From the NCBI GenBank assembly GCA_002269645.1, contig NIVC01003961.1:1-64000 (forward strand): a DNA stretch of 64,000 nucleotides, given 5' to 3'. Positions 15,298 to 26,072 of this stretch are shown piece after piece (position 1 is the first letter of the stretch; each line of letters begins with the position of its first letter). The DNA is from Macrostomum lignano. Lineage: Eukaryota. The position numbers and the translations under genes are program-made. The notes below the pieces were generated by a model, which saw only the letters and a program-made list of their open reading frames with translations, was not told the DNA's origin and ran no database searches.

Positions 15298-16170
15298 GCC
15301 ATCCCTCACCCACCCCTCCCTCATCCGCCTCTCCCTCACCCGCCCTCTCTCACCCGCCTCTCCCTCGACCGCCCCTCCCTCATCCGCCCCTCCCTCACCC
15401 GCCCTCCCTCACCCACCCCTCCCTCATCCGCCTCTCCCTCACCCGCCCTCTCTCACCCGCCTCTCCCTCGACCGCCCCTCCCTCATCCGCCCCTCCCTCA
15501 CCCGCCCCTCCCTCATCCGCCCCTCCCTCATCCGCCCCTCCCTCATCCGCCCCTCCCTCATCCGCCCCTCCCTCATCCGCCCCTCCCTCATCCGCCCCTC
15601 CCTCACCCGCCCCTCCCTCACCCACCCCTCCCTCATCCGCCTCTCCCTCACCCGCCCCTCCCTCATCCGCCCCTCCCTCGACCGCCCCTCCCTCACCCGC
15701 CCCTCCCTCACCCGCCCCTCCCACATCCGCCCCTCCCTCACCCGCCCCTCCCTCACCCGCCCCTCCCTCATCCGCCCCTCCCTCACCCGCCCCTCCCTCA
15801 CCCGCCCCTCCCTAACCCGCCCCTCCCTTATCCGCCCCTCCCTGATCCGCCTTTCCCTCATCCGCTCCTCTTCACCAGCCCCCCATGATCCGCGCCTCTC
15901 TGAATCGCAGCTCTGATCCGCTCTCCCTGATCCGCCCTCCCTGATCCGCCCTCCCTGATCCGCCCTCCCTGATCCGCCCTCCCTGATCCGCCCTCCCTGA
16001 TCCGCCCTCCCTGATCCGCCCTCCCTGATCCGCCCTCCCTGATCCGCCCTCCCTGATCCGCCCTCCCTGATCCGCCCTCCCTGATCCGCCCTCCCTGATC
16101 CGCCCTCCCTGATCCGCCCTCCCTGATCCGCCCTCCCTGATCCGCCCTCCCTGATCCGCCCTCCCTAATC
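15298..16170. repeat. C-rich minisatellite: a 15-bp array (TCCGCCCCTCCCTCA) followed by a 14-bp array (TCCGCCCTCCCTGA)
   Basis: Direct reading; the unit switch falls near 15900. Confidence 0.95.
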
Positions 16171-17077
16171 CTTCTTCCCTAATCGACTCTCAAATGTTTT
16201 TGAGCTTTTTAAAATTGAAATTTCGGACTAAAAACAGGTTAGTACTGAAATATGATTTAGCACCGTTACTACTAACAGTAGATTGATGAAAAGAAAAAGA
16301 AGAAAATAATTTGACGAATAAAGCAAAATTAGTTCAGCTCTGCCACAAAGTGTGAGGTGGCAGCCAGCTACAGCACGGAGATAGTTGATGATAGTTCAGA
16401 TCAGATTAGGCCCAATAAATATCCCACATGTGATTTGTTCTTACAAAGAGAAAAGTCTGCTTGATTTCATTGCGTTTCCAATGCTACAGCTTGGAAATAA
16501 GCACTGTTAACATACCCAATGACTGAATAGCATTCTTATTGCACAAGCAAACAAGAAATATTGCTACAATCCAAACAATTATTATCGGTTGCAGTTGCCC
16601 AGCCTGAGATGAATACAGCAGGTAAGCATTGTGGCATCGGTATTAAGTGCCAGATGTAGGCGAACGCTTCCACCCCCAAGCTAAGCTCTCACATATTGCT
16701 ACCTTTAGATAAATGAGAAACTTCTCCTAGCTACTGCCATCAGCTGGATTCCGATTTTCCCACGAGCTTGGCGATTATCCTGCAACTGCAGTCGTGAAAA
16801 TCCTCAGGGGAAATCTATGCCGGAATAAGCAATCGGGATTCCAGTAGCCAAAGGCGGAGACAGTTAAAACTTATACACGCAACAGGGACCCGATTGAATT
16901 GCCGCTTCTCCCTTCTTTTCACTGAATTATTAATTAGTTTTTTCAACTAATTGAGACAAGCCCAGGCGACCTAGGACAGGTGCCTGGAGTGGCAGTTCCC
17001 ATTGTCAGGCAGGTGCAAGCGAGGCAATTTTTTGCCAAATGTTTTGGCGCAAAGTCACCACTGGGGGCGTAGTTATA

Positions 17078-18223
17078 CCATAGACAAGTGTCTAATGAAC
17101 ATTCACCCATTCTTGCAATGGTGTCTGTGGCATTCACCCATTCTTACAATGGTGTCTGTGGCATTCACCCATTCTTGCAATGGTGTCTGTGGCATTCACC
17201 CATTCTTGCAACTGTGGCATTCACCCATTCTTGCAATGGTGTCTGTGGCATTCATTCACCCATTCTTGCAATGGTGTCTGTGGCATTCACCCACTCTTAA
17301 AATGGTGTCTGTAGCATTTACCCACTCTTAAAATGGTGTCTGTGGCATTCACCCATTCTTACAATGGTGTCTGTGGCATTCACCCATTCTTGAAATGGTG
17401 TCTGTGGCATTCACCCATTCTTGCAATGGTGTCTGTGGCATTCACCCATTCTTACAATGGTGTCTAATGAACATTCACCCATTCTTGCAATGGTGTCTGT
17501 GGCATTCACCCATTCTTGCAATGGTGTCTGTGGCATTCACCCATTCTTGCAATGGTGTCTGTGGCATTCACCCATTCTTGCAATGGTGTCTGTGGCATTC
17601 ACCCATTCTTGCAATGGTGTCTGTGGCATTCACCCATTCTTGCAATGCTGTCTAATGAACATTCACCCATTCTTGCAATGGTGTCTGTGGCATTCACCCA
17701 TTCTTACAATGGTGTCTAATGAACATTCACCCATTCTTGCAATGGTGTCTGTGGCATTCACCCATTCTTGCAATGGTGTCTGTGGCATTCACCCATTCTT
17801 GTAATGGTGTCTGTGGCATTCACCCATTCTTGCAATGGTGTCCGTGGCATTCACCCATTCTTGCAATGGTTATTTCAGCCAGTTCTGAATGCCGTTGCTC
17901 ATGATCGGAACTACCAATCGAAACAAGAACTCGAAAAAGATAGCAGGAAGTTCAATGCTTCTAATTTGAAGGATATGCCTGCGATGCTTCAACACCACAT
18001 TACGCATCAGTTGAAGAAAGATTTTTTTCCAGGGTAGGACCCGCAATTTGCCAAGGCAAGACAAACCTTGGATGCTGCTATGAAGGAGACCCGTCCGCGA
18101 GGGAAAAATACTGCTCTTCTGCTGAGTGTACATACCATTTCAATCTGAACTTTGGCAAAAGTGACTTCAATTTTGGCCAGCCCATCGACAAAACGTTAAT
18201 TTACCTTTCGGCAATGTCTATGG
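17078..18223 (+). mobile_element. Degenerate Crypton/DUF3504-like tyrosine-recombinase element remnant bounded by CCATAGACA inverted ends
   Basis: TA-CCATAGACA at 17076-17086 and TGTCTATGG-TA at 18215-18225. Internal translation at about 17950-18110 reads FNASNLKDMPAMLQHHITHQLKKDFFPG*DPQFAKARQTLDAAMKETRPRGK, resembling the Y..SSL..MR..LQRHL...DIF.DP.F...R..LDA.MK.L...GK segment of Crypton/ZMYM proteins. Confidence 0.45.
17090..17870. repeat. Minisatellite, 31-bp unit CATTCACCCATTCTTGCAATGGTGTCTGTGG, about 25 copies
   Basis: Direct reading. Confidence 0.95.
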
Positions 18224-19683
18224 TACCAGGTAACTGTGGCAGAATCAGATAAAAGCCTAAAACAGTCACTGTTACTGATTCAATGATCTAAATTTCATTG
18301 ATGAAGTCACTGAAAAAAAACATTTTCTTTTGTCCTCACGTTGCTTCAAAGCAACGCTAGCTTCAGTGACAAATCTGTGAATGATCGCCTCGGCCTTGGT
18401 TCTCTTCATGTCAGTCGTCTCCAGTCTCTTCCTTCTTGGATGCTGCGCATCAAGCCGTTCTCCATCCTTCAGACCGCCACTCCAGGCCTCTGGTCCTGGG
18501 CCTCCTTGGACAAGCGCAGGTTGGTTTGAATTTTTAATTAGCCGAGCGGCTCGGTGTGAGATGGCAAACGAATTCTGTCACGAGAGAATTTCAAAAAACA
18601 GAAATCTAGTTCAAAATCTTTTTGCTTCATTGAATTGTCTTGAAATGACGGAATTTGCTTCCAAGAGTTGGAAACTGACCGGATTAAATGGGTGATTGTT
18701 ATTTTGATCTGAGTCGGGGTGCAGTAAGAGTGGGGATCTATGGAGATTAATGATGCCGGGATCCATTAGGGTTTAGCATCAGTAACCAAATAGAAATAGA
18801 GTCTATATCAATTAGGATCCGTTAGGATTCGTTAGGATTAGAGTGGTTAGGCATTAAGATTGGAGTTGGGATTCATTAAGAGTATAATACTGGTTTCAAC
18901 TTTTATTGCGAACTATTGTATCAATAACTTCTATTGTATCCAGTAAGTTCCTATTTTAGCTTTTACTAGCATACTATATTCAGATGATAAATCTTCATTG
19001 CGAGATACTATAAATATGAATTCACACTCTTAATTGTTTTATAGTGACAAGAGTACCTGACTTCGACAGTAACGGTGTCACAGTGTATTACATCACGCTT
19101 GTATCAATTCAATACGTAGACGGCAGCGCCAAATTAAATTGCCTTCTTTGAGGAAAGAGATGATGATTTTTTGGACAGCTACAAGTTGAATTTGTGCCGG
19201 TTAAACGTTTCAAACATCTCTGTCTTCTAAGCTGTTTCGTTCGACATTTCTAATATATAAACAAAGTAATAATGTGCCTACAAGCAATGCATTGCTACGC
19301 AGGATACCAGAAATGAAAGTGAAAATGCAGTTAAATGATTATATTCTAACACTTCATACCATCTTGAAAGTACGGGTACAATGTAAAACCACATTTGCAA
19401 GCCATAGGGTTTAAAAACATAGCTTACTTGCTGCGACAATTTCTTAATCTAGCGTAGGTTCTTTTACCCCTTTTAGTCCAATCAGGAGCTTTGGAAGCGA
19501 TATTTGCGATTGGTTCGACTACTACCTGAGCAGCGAGTTGAAGTTCGCTGACAGACTCACCTAAGTTGAGAAGCAGTTTACCAACTGTTAACTCCTGGCA
19601 CATTGTGGCAGCGCTTAAACGGCGAGCATCTCGAAATTCGTCTGGAACCGCTTGGAGCTCGCGAATTTTAGCAGCTGCCCATC

Positions 19684-20202
19684 ATGCGCCCGCTAATCTC
19701 TTGCTGGCTCTTTGTAGCCGCTCTTTGTCTGACCGCCGTTGCCGTCAGCAACGCGAACTCCAACCTGGATGAAGACGATGACTACATTGGAGTAGCTCCT
19801 GAGCATGAGCAGCTCCGATACAACTCAAAAGGCCTCCGTAGAGATCTTCGTAAGTGGCAGTACAATGGCGGCATGTTCGGAAAGCGGCAGTACAATGGCG
19901 GCATGTTCGGAAAACGGCAGTACAACGGCGGCATGTTCGGAAAACGGCAGTACAACGGCGGCATGTTCGGAAAACGGCAGTACAATGGCGGCATGTTCGG
20001 AAAGCGGCAGTACAACGGCGGCATGTTCGGAAAGCGGCAGTACAACGGCGGCATGTTCGGAAAGCGGCAGTACAACGGCGGCATGTTCGGAAAACGGCAG
20101 TACAACGGCGGCATGTTCGGAAAACGGCAGTACAACGGCGGCATGTTCGGAAAACGGCAGTACAACGGCGGCATGTTCGGAAAACGGCAGTACGAAGAGT
20201 AA
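19684..20202 (+). CDS. Neuropeptide precursor, 172 aa: signal peptide plus 11 copies of QYNGGMF-G-KR (predicted pQYNGGMF-amide); SIFamide/NLP-10-like
   Basis: Signal peptide MRPLISCWLFVAALCLTAVAVS, then an acidic spacer. The 30-bp repeats at 19858-20187 differ only at synonymous sites (AAT/AAC, AAG/AAA). Dibasic KR cleavage sites and an amidation Gly are present. Confidence 0.95.
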   Translation: MRPLISCWLFVAALCLTAVAVSNANSNLDEDDDYIGVAPEHEQLRYNSKGLRRDLRKWQYNGGMFGKRQYNGGMFGKRQYNGGMFGKRQYNGGMFGKRQYNGGMFGKRQYNGGMFGKRQYNGGMFGKRQYNGGMFGKRQYNGGMFGKRQYNGGMFGKRQYNGGMFGKRQYEE

Positions 20203-20929
20203 ACTTTAAAGAGACGCGAACAGATAAAAATCTTATAATTCCATTAGCTACCGCTTGCAGTGAGCCGCATCAATGCGATGACCTGCGATTCAGCGGGACA
20301 TTCCATGTGCTTGTTGTGCAATACCCTCGGCCTCTAATTTTTTTCTTGGAAAATGACACTTCGATCTCTCTGAGAGAATAAGTAAAAAAGTGTTCAAGCA
20401 CGATGTTCACAATCAAGAGCTAACACAATACAAAAACCAAAATCTTTTGATTGAAGACAAAGCTTGCACAGAAGCATACGTGGTTTGTGTGTTCCTAAAA
20501 CTCAATGTTAATTCCTCAAGTCACTTGACTTTTCTTAAGGTTTGAATCTTGAGCCATCTTCGCTGAAAACATTTGGGAATAGTTCTCTATCCTCAAGTTA
20601 CATAGTACACTCAGCAACATGATAAAGTTTTTCACACCGAAACCAGTAGTCAAAATTTTCTCAGATCTACCCCCAAGTGAGCAACTCACAACCACGCCCG
20701 CGGTTCTGGTCTCAACTGTAGCTGAGTGATGCAGGTTGCGTCACAAGGCCGTAGCTTAGGCTGGTGAGGAGAGAGTGGAGAGTTTTGGCTAGAGTTGAAT
20801 TAAATGTGCCGCTTGATGACCACTGGTTTCGGAAAGGAAACTTTTGCATGTTGCTGAATGTAGATCCTCTATCCTCTAGATGTAAATATACATCCTCTAC
20901 CCCTTTTAAATGTGCATCCTTTCCAATCC

Positions 20930-21290
20930 TATGTGCACAGTCTCTACCCCTCCAAATGTACATCCTCCCCCGCCCTAGTGCGAATTCTCTACCCCTCCAA
21001 ATGTACATCCTCTCCCGCCCTAGTGCGAATTCTCTACCCCTCCAAATGTACATCCTCCCCCGCCCTAGTGCGAATTCTCTACCCCTCCAAATGTACATCC
21101 TCTCCCGCCCTAGTGCGAATTCTCTACCCCTCCAAATGTACATCCTCTCCCGTCCAAAGTGCGCATTCGCTACCCCTCCTAAATGTACATCCTCTCCCGT
21201 CCTAAGTGCGCATTCGCTACCCCTCCTAAATGTACATTCACTCCCGTTATAAGTGTACATTCTCTACCCCTCCTTAGTGTATATACTCTA
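20930..21290. repeat. Minisatellite, 45-bp unit, about 8 copies
   Basis: CCCTAGTGCGAATTCTCTACCCCTCCAAATGTACATCCTCTCCCG repeated. Confidence 0.9.
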
Positions 21291-22339
21291 TCCCCTCCGA
21301 CTAAATTCTCTAGCCCTAAAAAGTACATAAAAGCCGAATACGAGTATAGGGTGATATCATGCTACAAACGAACCATAAACCATTCTATACAAGAACTTCA
21401 TCTGCAGTATCTGCGACTAGTTAAGAAGCCACTGACAGTTCTTTTAAGCCTAGGCAAGCTAACGCACTCAATAGCCAAAGTCCACACAAGTCTAAATTTA
21501 AAGCCCGCCCTCGCTGCTTAAGAGCCGTCCATTTATATTCAAACAGCAGCTGAAACTCCCCGGGGGACTGAAGCCGGCAACAAGAAAAACTTGATGGCCC
21601 ATGAATTAAGCAACAGTATGTATAGTGCTGCAGCCTGTAGAGCTTAGAGCGGCACCCAGATGGACGGCAACTTGCTATAAAACGGATCGTCTCGCATTGT
21701 TGACTTAGGAACTTTCCACTCGCTCACTAATTCATGCAGCCGGTTTTCTCACTTTCACTCTCGCCTCCGATTAACCTGGGTGAGCCGTGATATAATTATG
21801 GGAATATAAACTTGTGGCTGAGCCAGTATCGACCCTGCATGGCAACCGCCTTTCAGCAGCCCCAGAGGGCAGCTCTCAAGCAGTTTACTCGGTGCGTCAC
21901 ACCCACGCTTCGATGCCAGATTTCTTCTTCGTTCGCAGAAAGAAACGCGAAATTTTATAAGTTTTGCCCAAAGTCATGCGCGCACGCGATTGGAGACTGA
22001 AATTGGCCATTAAAAACATGAAATAGCTAAAAAAATTGCAGGAAACTTCGGCAGCGACTGCAGAGCGTGGTTTGGTTCTAATGAGAAAAACAGCACGTAT
22101 CAGGCAAACGAACGCAGGGCCAGGAGCTCACGTGACTCGGTGGAGTAGCCTTGACTTACATTTGCTTACTGTGCTGGAAGTGAGGATCGGGGACAAGTCT
22201 TATGGGGTTTCATCGTAGGGCGATTGTCTGTGATCAACAGGGCCAGCTTGAAGATTCTTATACATGCACATGCATCTGTGAGGAGGGAAGTTAAAAAGGC
22301 GGAAGAGCGGTTTCAGGCAATGCGACATCAAAAACGGCG

Positions 22340-22525
22340 ATTGTTCAGGGGATTGGGAGGGTGATTGTTCAGGGAATCAGGAGGGCCATTGTTCAGGGGA
22401 TCGGGAAGGTGATTGTTCAGGGAATCAGGAGGGGCATTGTTCAGGGATCGGGAGGGCCATTAGGCAGGTTCAGGGCATTGGGAGGGTGATTGTTCAGGGG
22501 ATCGGGAGGGCGATTGGTCAGGGGA
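22340..22525. repeat. Degenerate ~24-25-bp tandem repeat (GATTGTTCAGGGGATCGGGAGGGC)
   Basis: About 7 imperfect copies. Confidence 0.8.
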
Positions 22526-23104
22526 TTAACGTTCAACTTCAAGATAAAAAGGATAGCTTTTAAAACAATTTAGTTGTTCATTCTGTGTGAATTGAATTGC
22601 AAAAAGATTTCAAGAAGGCAAAAATAGTTAAGCCAGATTTGAGAACCAGCGACTCGCCGACTCAGAATGATAGGTCGCGTGCCGGCTGCTCTGTGGCGGC
22701 CAGCAACTGGGACCCGATGGCAGGCTGGCGCAATTAGCAGCCAGGGCCGGGTTGACAGAGACTTAAGGGAAAATCATCCCTGCCCAAGTCTATACCTGAC
22801 TGTTCGCGCTCCGCATAGGGGGGGGGGCGGCTGAGGTTTCAGTCTATGCCAGAAGGCCAATTAAGCGTGCGTACATGTATTCTGGCAGGCATCAGCCTGG
22901 GCGTAGAATCATCTATCAGAGTTCTTTTGCATGATTAGGAGTTCGGCAAGGTAGCTCAGGTGTGACTGGGCGAATATGCCAGATAAGAGAAGGCCGCTAA
23001 ATTTATTCTTTTGGAAGTTTGTCCGGAGCTGAACTTAATTGCGCTGTATGGTAACTGGACCAAATCGTAACTCGATATACGAATTCAGGAGCCTCTGCAG
23101 TCTG

Positions 23105-24556
23105 CACACAGCTAGATTTCATACACAGGCTGACACAAATCACAGCTAGATTTCATACACAGGCTGACACAAATCACAGCTAGATTTCATACACAGGCTG
23201 ACACAAATCACAGCTAGATTTCATACACAGGCTGACACAAATCACAGCTAGATTTCATACACAGGCTGACACAAATCACAGCTAGATTTCATACACAGGC
23301 TGACACAAATCAAAGCTAGATTTCATACACAGGCTGACACAAATCACAGCTAGATTTCATACACAGGCTGACACAAATCACAGCTAGATTTCATACACTC
23401 CCTGACACAAATCACAGCTAGATTTCATACACAGGCTGACACAAATCACAGCTAGATTTCATACACAGGCTGACACAAATCACAGCTAGATTTCATACAC
23501 TCCCTGACACAAATCACAGCTAGATTTCATACACAGGCTGACACAAATCACAGCTAGATTTCATACACAGGCTGACACAAATCACAGCTAGATTTCATAC
23601 ACAGGCTGACACAAATCACAGCTAGATTTCATACACTCCCTGACACAAATCACAGCTAGATTTCATACACAGGCTGACACAAATCACAGCTAGATTTCAT
23701 ACACTCCCTGACACAAATCACAGCTAGATTTCATACACTCCCTGACACAAATCACAGCTAGATTTCATACACAGGCTGACACAAATCACAGCTAGATTTC
23801 ATACACTCCCTGACACAAATCACAGCTAGATTTCATACACTCCCTGACACAAATCACAGCTAGATTTCATACACTTCCTGACACAAATCACAGCTAGATT
23901 TCATACACTCCCTGACACAAATCACAGCTAGATTTCATACACAGGCTGACACAAATCAAAGCTAGATTTCATACACAGGCTGACACAAATCACAGCTAGA
24001 TTTCATACACAGGCTGACACAAATCACAGCTAGATTTCATACACTCCCTGACACAAATCACAGCTAGATTTCATACACAGGCTGACACAAATCACAGCTA
24101 GATTTCATACACAGGCTGACACAAATCACAGCTAGATTTTATACACAGGCTGACACAAATCACAGCTAGATTTCATACACAGGCTGACACAAATCACAGC
24201 TAGATTTCATACACAGGCTGACACAAATCACAGCTAGATTTCATACACTCCCTGACACAAATCACAGCTAGATTTCATACACTCCCTGACACAAATCACA
24301 GCTAGATTTCATACACAGGCTGACACAAATCACAGCTAGATTTCATACACTCCCTGACACAAATCACAGCTAGATTTCATACACAGGCTGACACAAATCA
24401 CAGCTAGATTTCATACACTTCCTGACACAAATCACAGCTAGATTTCATACACTTCCTGACACAAATCACAGCTAGATTTCATACACTTCCTGACACAAAT
24501 CACAGCTAGATTTCATACACTCCCTGACAAAAATCACAGCTGGAATTCATACACAA
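23105..24556. repeat. Minisatellite, 34-bp unit CACAGCTAGATTTCATACACAGGCTGACACAAAT, about 42 copies
   Basis: Direct reading; AGGC/TCCC/TTCC variants are interspersed. Confidence 0.97.
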
Positions 24557-25204
24557 AAGTAAAAAGCCCAAACATTCGAGCTTCATTTTCGAGCAAGTTT
24601 AAATCAGAAATTTTCCAGTAAATCTTTGATTTTATCCTGTAGCAGCTGGTCTATAATAGTTTGTATTGTCAATAATTTTGTTAACACAGACAGGACAAAA
24701 ACGCGGTAAGGAAGTTGAGAATTTTTCTAAATTTTTTGAGAAACCGGCACTAACAACATGCACAACAGCGGCACAGGCAATAAATTCGAATCATCACTGT
24801 ATCGTTCATCTCGAATGGAAATAATGGAATTAATTAAACGTTAAACACATAATAAGTATTGTTAAAGTAGCGGTTAAACACGTTTTAACGCAATAAACAA
24901 CATTTTAATTAGCATACAACACCCAAAACCGTAGCGTGTACAGTAGAGTCGAAGGTACATCAAGCAAAAAAATAACACAGCAAAAGAAATTTTAAAACTA
25001 GAGCAATGAAACCAACCAAATCATATTTTTCTTCGTTTAACGTATACCAATAGCACAACACTGTATAAATAATGGAATACATTTAACAGTAGAAATACCT
25101 TTTTAAACTCTCACTCTGTCATACTGTCGATATCGATTTTCCTATGCACAAGTTGCAATACAATTGACGGGCAACCTCACTCCCAACCCCTCCATTTCTA
25201 TCCG

Positions 25205-25950
25205 CCTTCTCTCCCTCTCTCTCCCTAGCCCCACTCTTCCTTATTATCAGCCTTCTCTCTCTCTCTCCCTAGCCCCACTTCCTTATTATCAGCCTTCTCT
25301 CTCTCTCTCTCTCTCTCTCTCCCTAGCCCCACTCTTCCTTATTATCAGCCTTCTCTCTCTCTCCCTAGCCCCACTCTTCCTTACTATCAGCCTTCTCTCT
25401 CTCTCTCTCTCCCTAGCCCCACTCTTCCTTACTATCAGCCTTCTCTCTCTCTCTCTCTCTCTCTTCCTAGCCCCACTCTTCCTAACTATCAGCCTTCTCT
25501 CTCTCTCTCTCTCTCCCTAGCCCCACTCCTCCTTACTATCAGCCTTCTCTCTCTCTCCCTAGCCCCACTCTTCCTTACTATCAGCCTTCTCTCTCTCTCT
25601 CCCTAGCCCCACTCTTCCTTACTATCAGCCTTCTCTCTCTCTCTCTCTCTCTTCCTAGCCCCACTCTTCCTAACTATCAGCCTTCTCTCTCTCTCTCTCC
25701 CTAGCCCCACTCCTCCTTACTATCAGCCTTCTCTCTCTCTCCCTAGCCCCACTCTTCCTTACTATCAGCCTTCTCTCTCTCTCCCAAGCCCCACTCTTCC
25801 TTACTATCAGCCTTCTCTCTCTCTCCCTAGCCCCACTCTTCCTTACTATCAGCCTTCTCTCTCTCTCTCCCTAGCCCCACTCCTCCTTACTATCAGCCTT
25901 CTCTCTCTCTCTCTCCCTAGCCCCACTCTTCCTTACTATCAGCCTTCTCT
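25205..25950. repeat. Compound repeat: CCCTAGCCCCACTCTTCCTTACTATCAGCCTT plus a variable (CT)n tract
   Basis: Direct reading, about 17 units. Confidence 0.93.
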
Positions 25951-26072
25951 CCGACTTTATATTTTGTTTAAATCATTTACTACTAAATCAACTTGCATGG
26001 ATTCTTATTCGGTCATCAGCCTGACCTTTGTGACCTTCAGCATGACTAATTATAAAATAACTAATTATAGAA

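Noticed and set aside
18341-18530. GC-richer patch readable on the minus strand as KDGERLDAQHPRRKRLETTDMKRTKAEAIIHRF
   Set aside because: Short, interrupted by a stop, with no recognisable family or splice partners.
23105-24556. CRISPR-like appearance of the 30-37-bp arrays (here and at 1.1, 17, 58, 60 and 61-62 kb)
   Set aside because: The units are head-to-tail with no unique spacers, there are no cas genes, and the context is eukaryotic.
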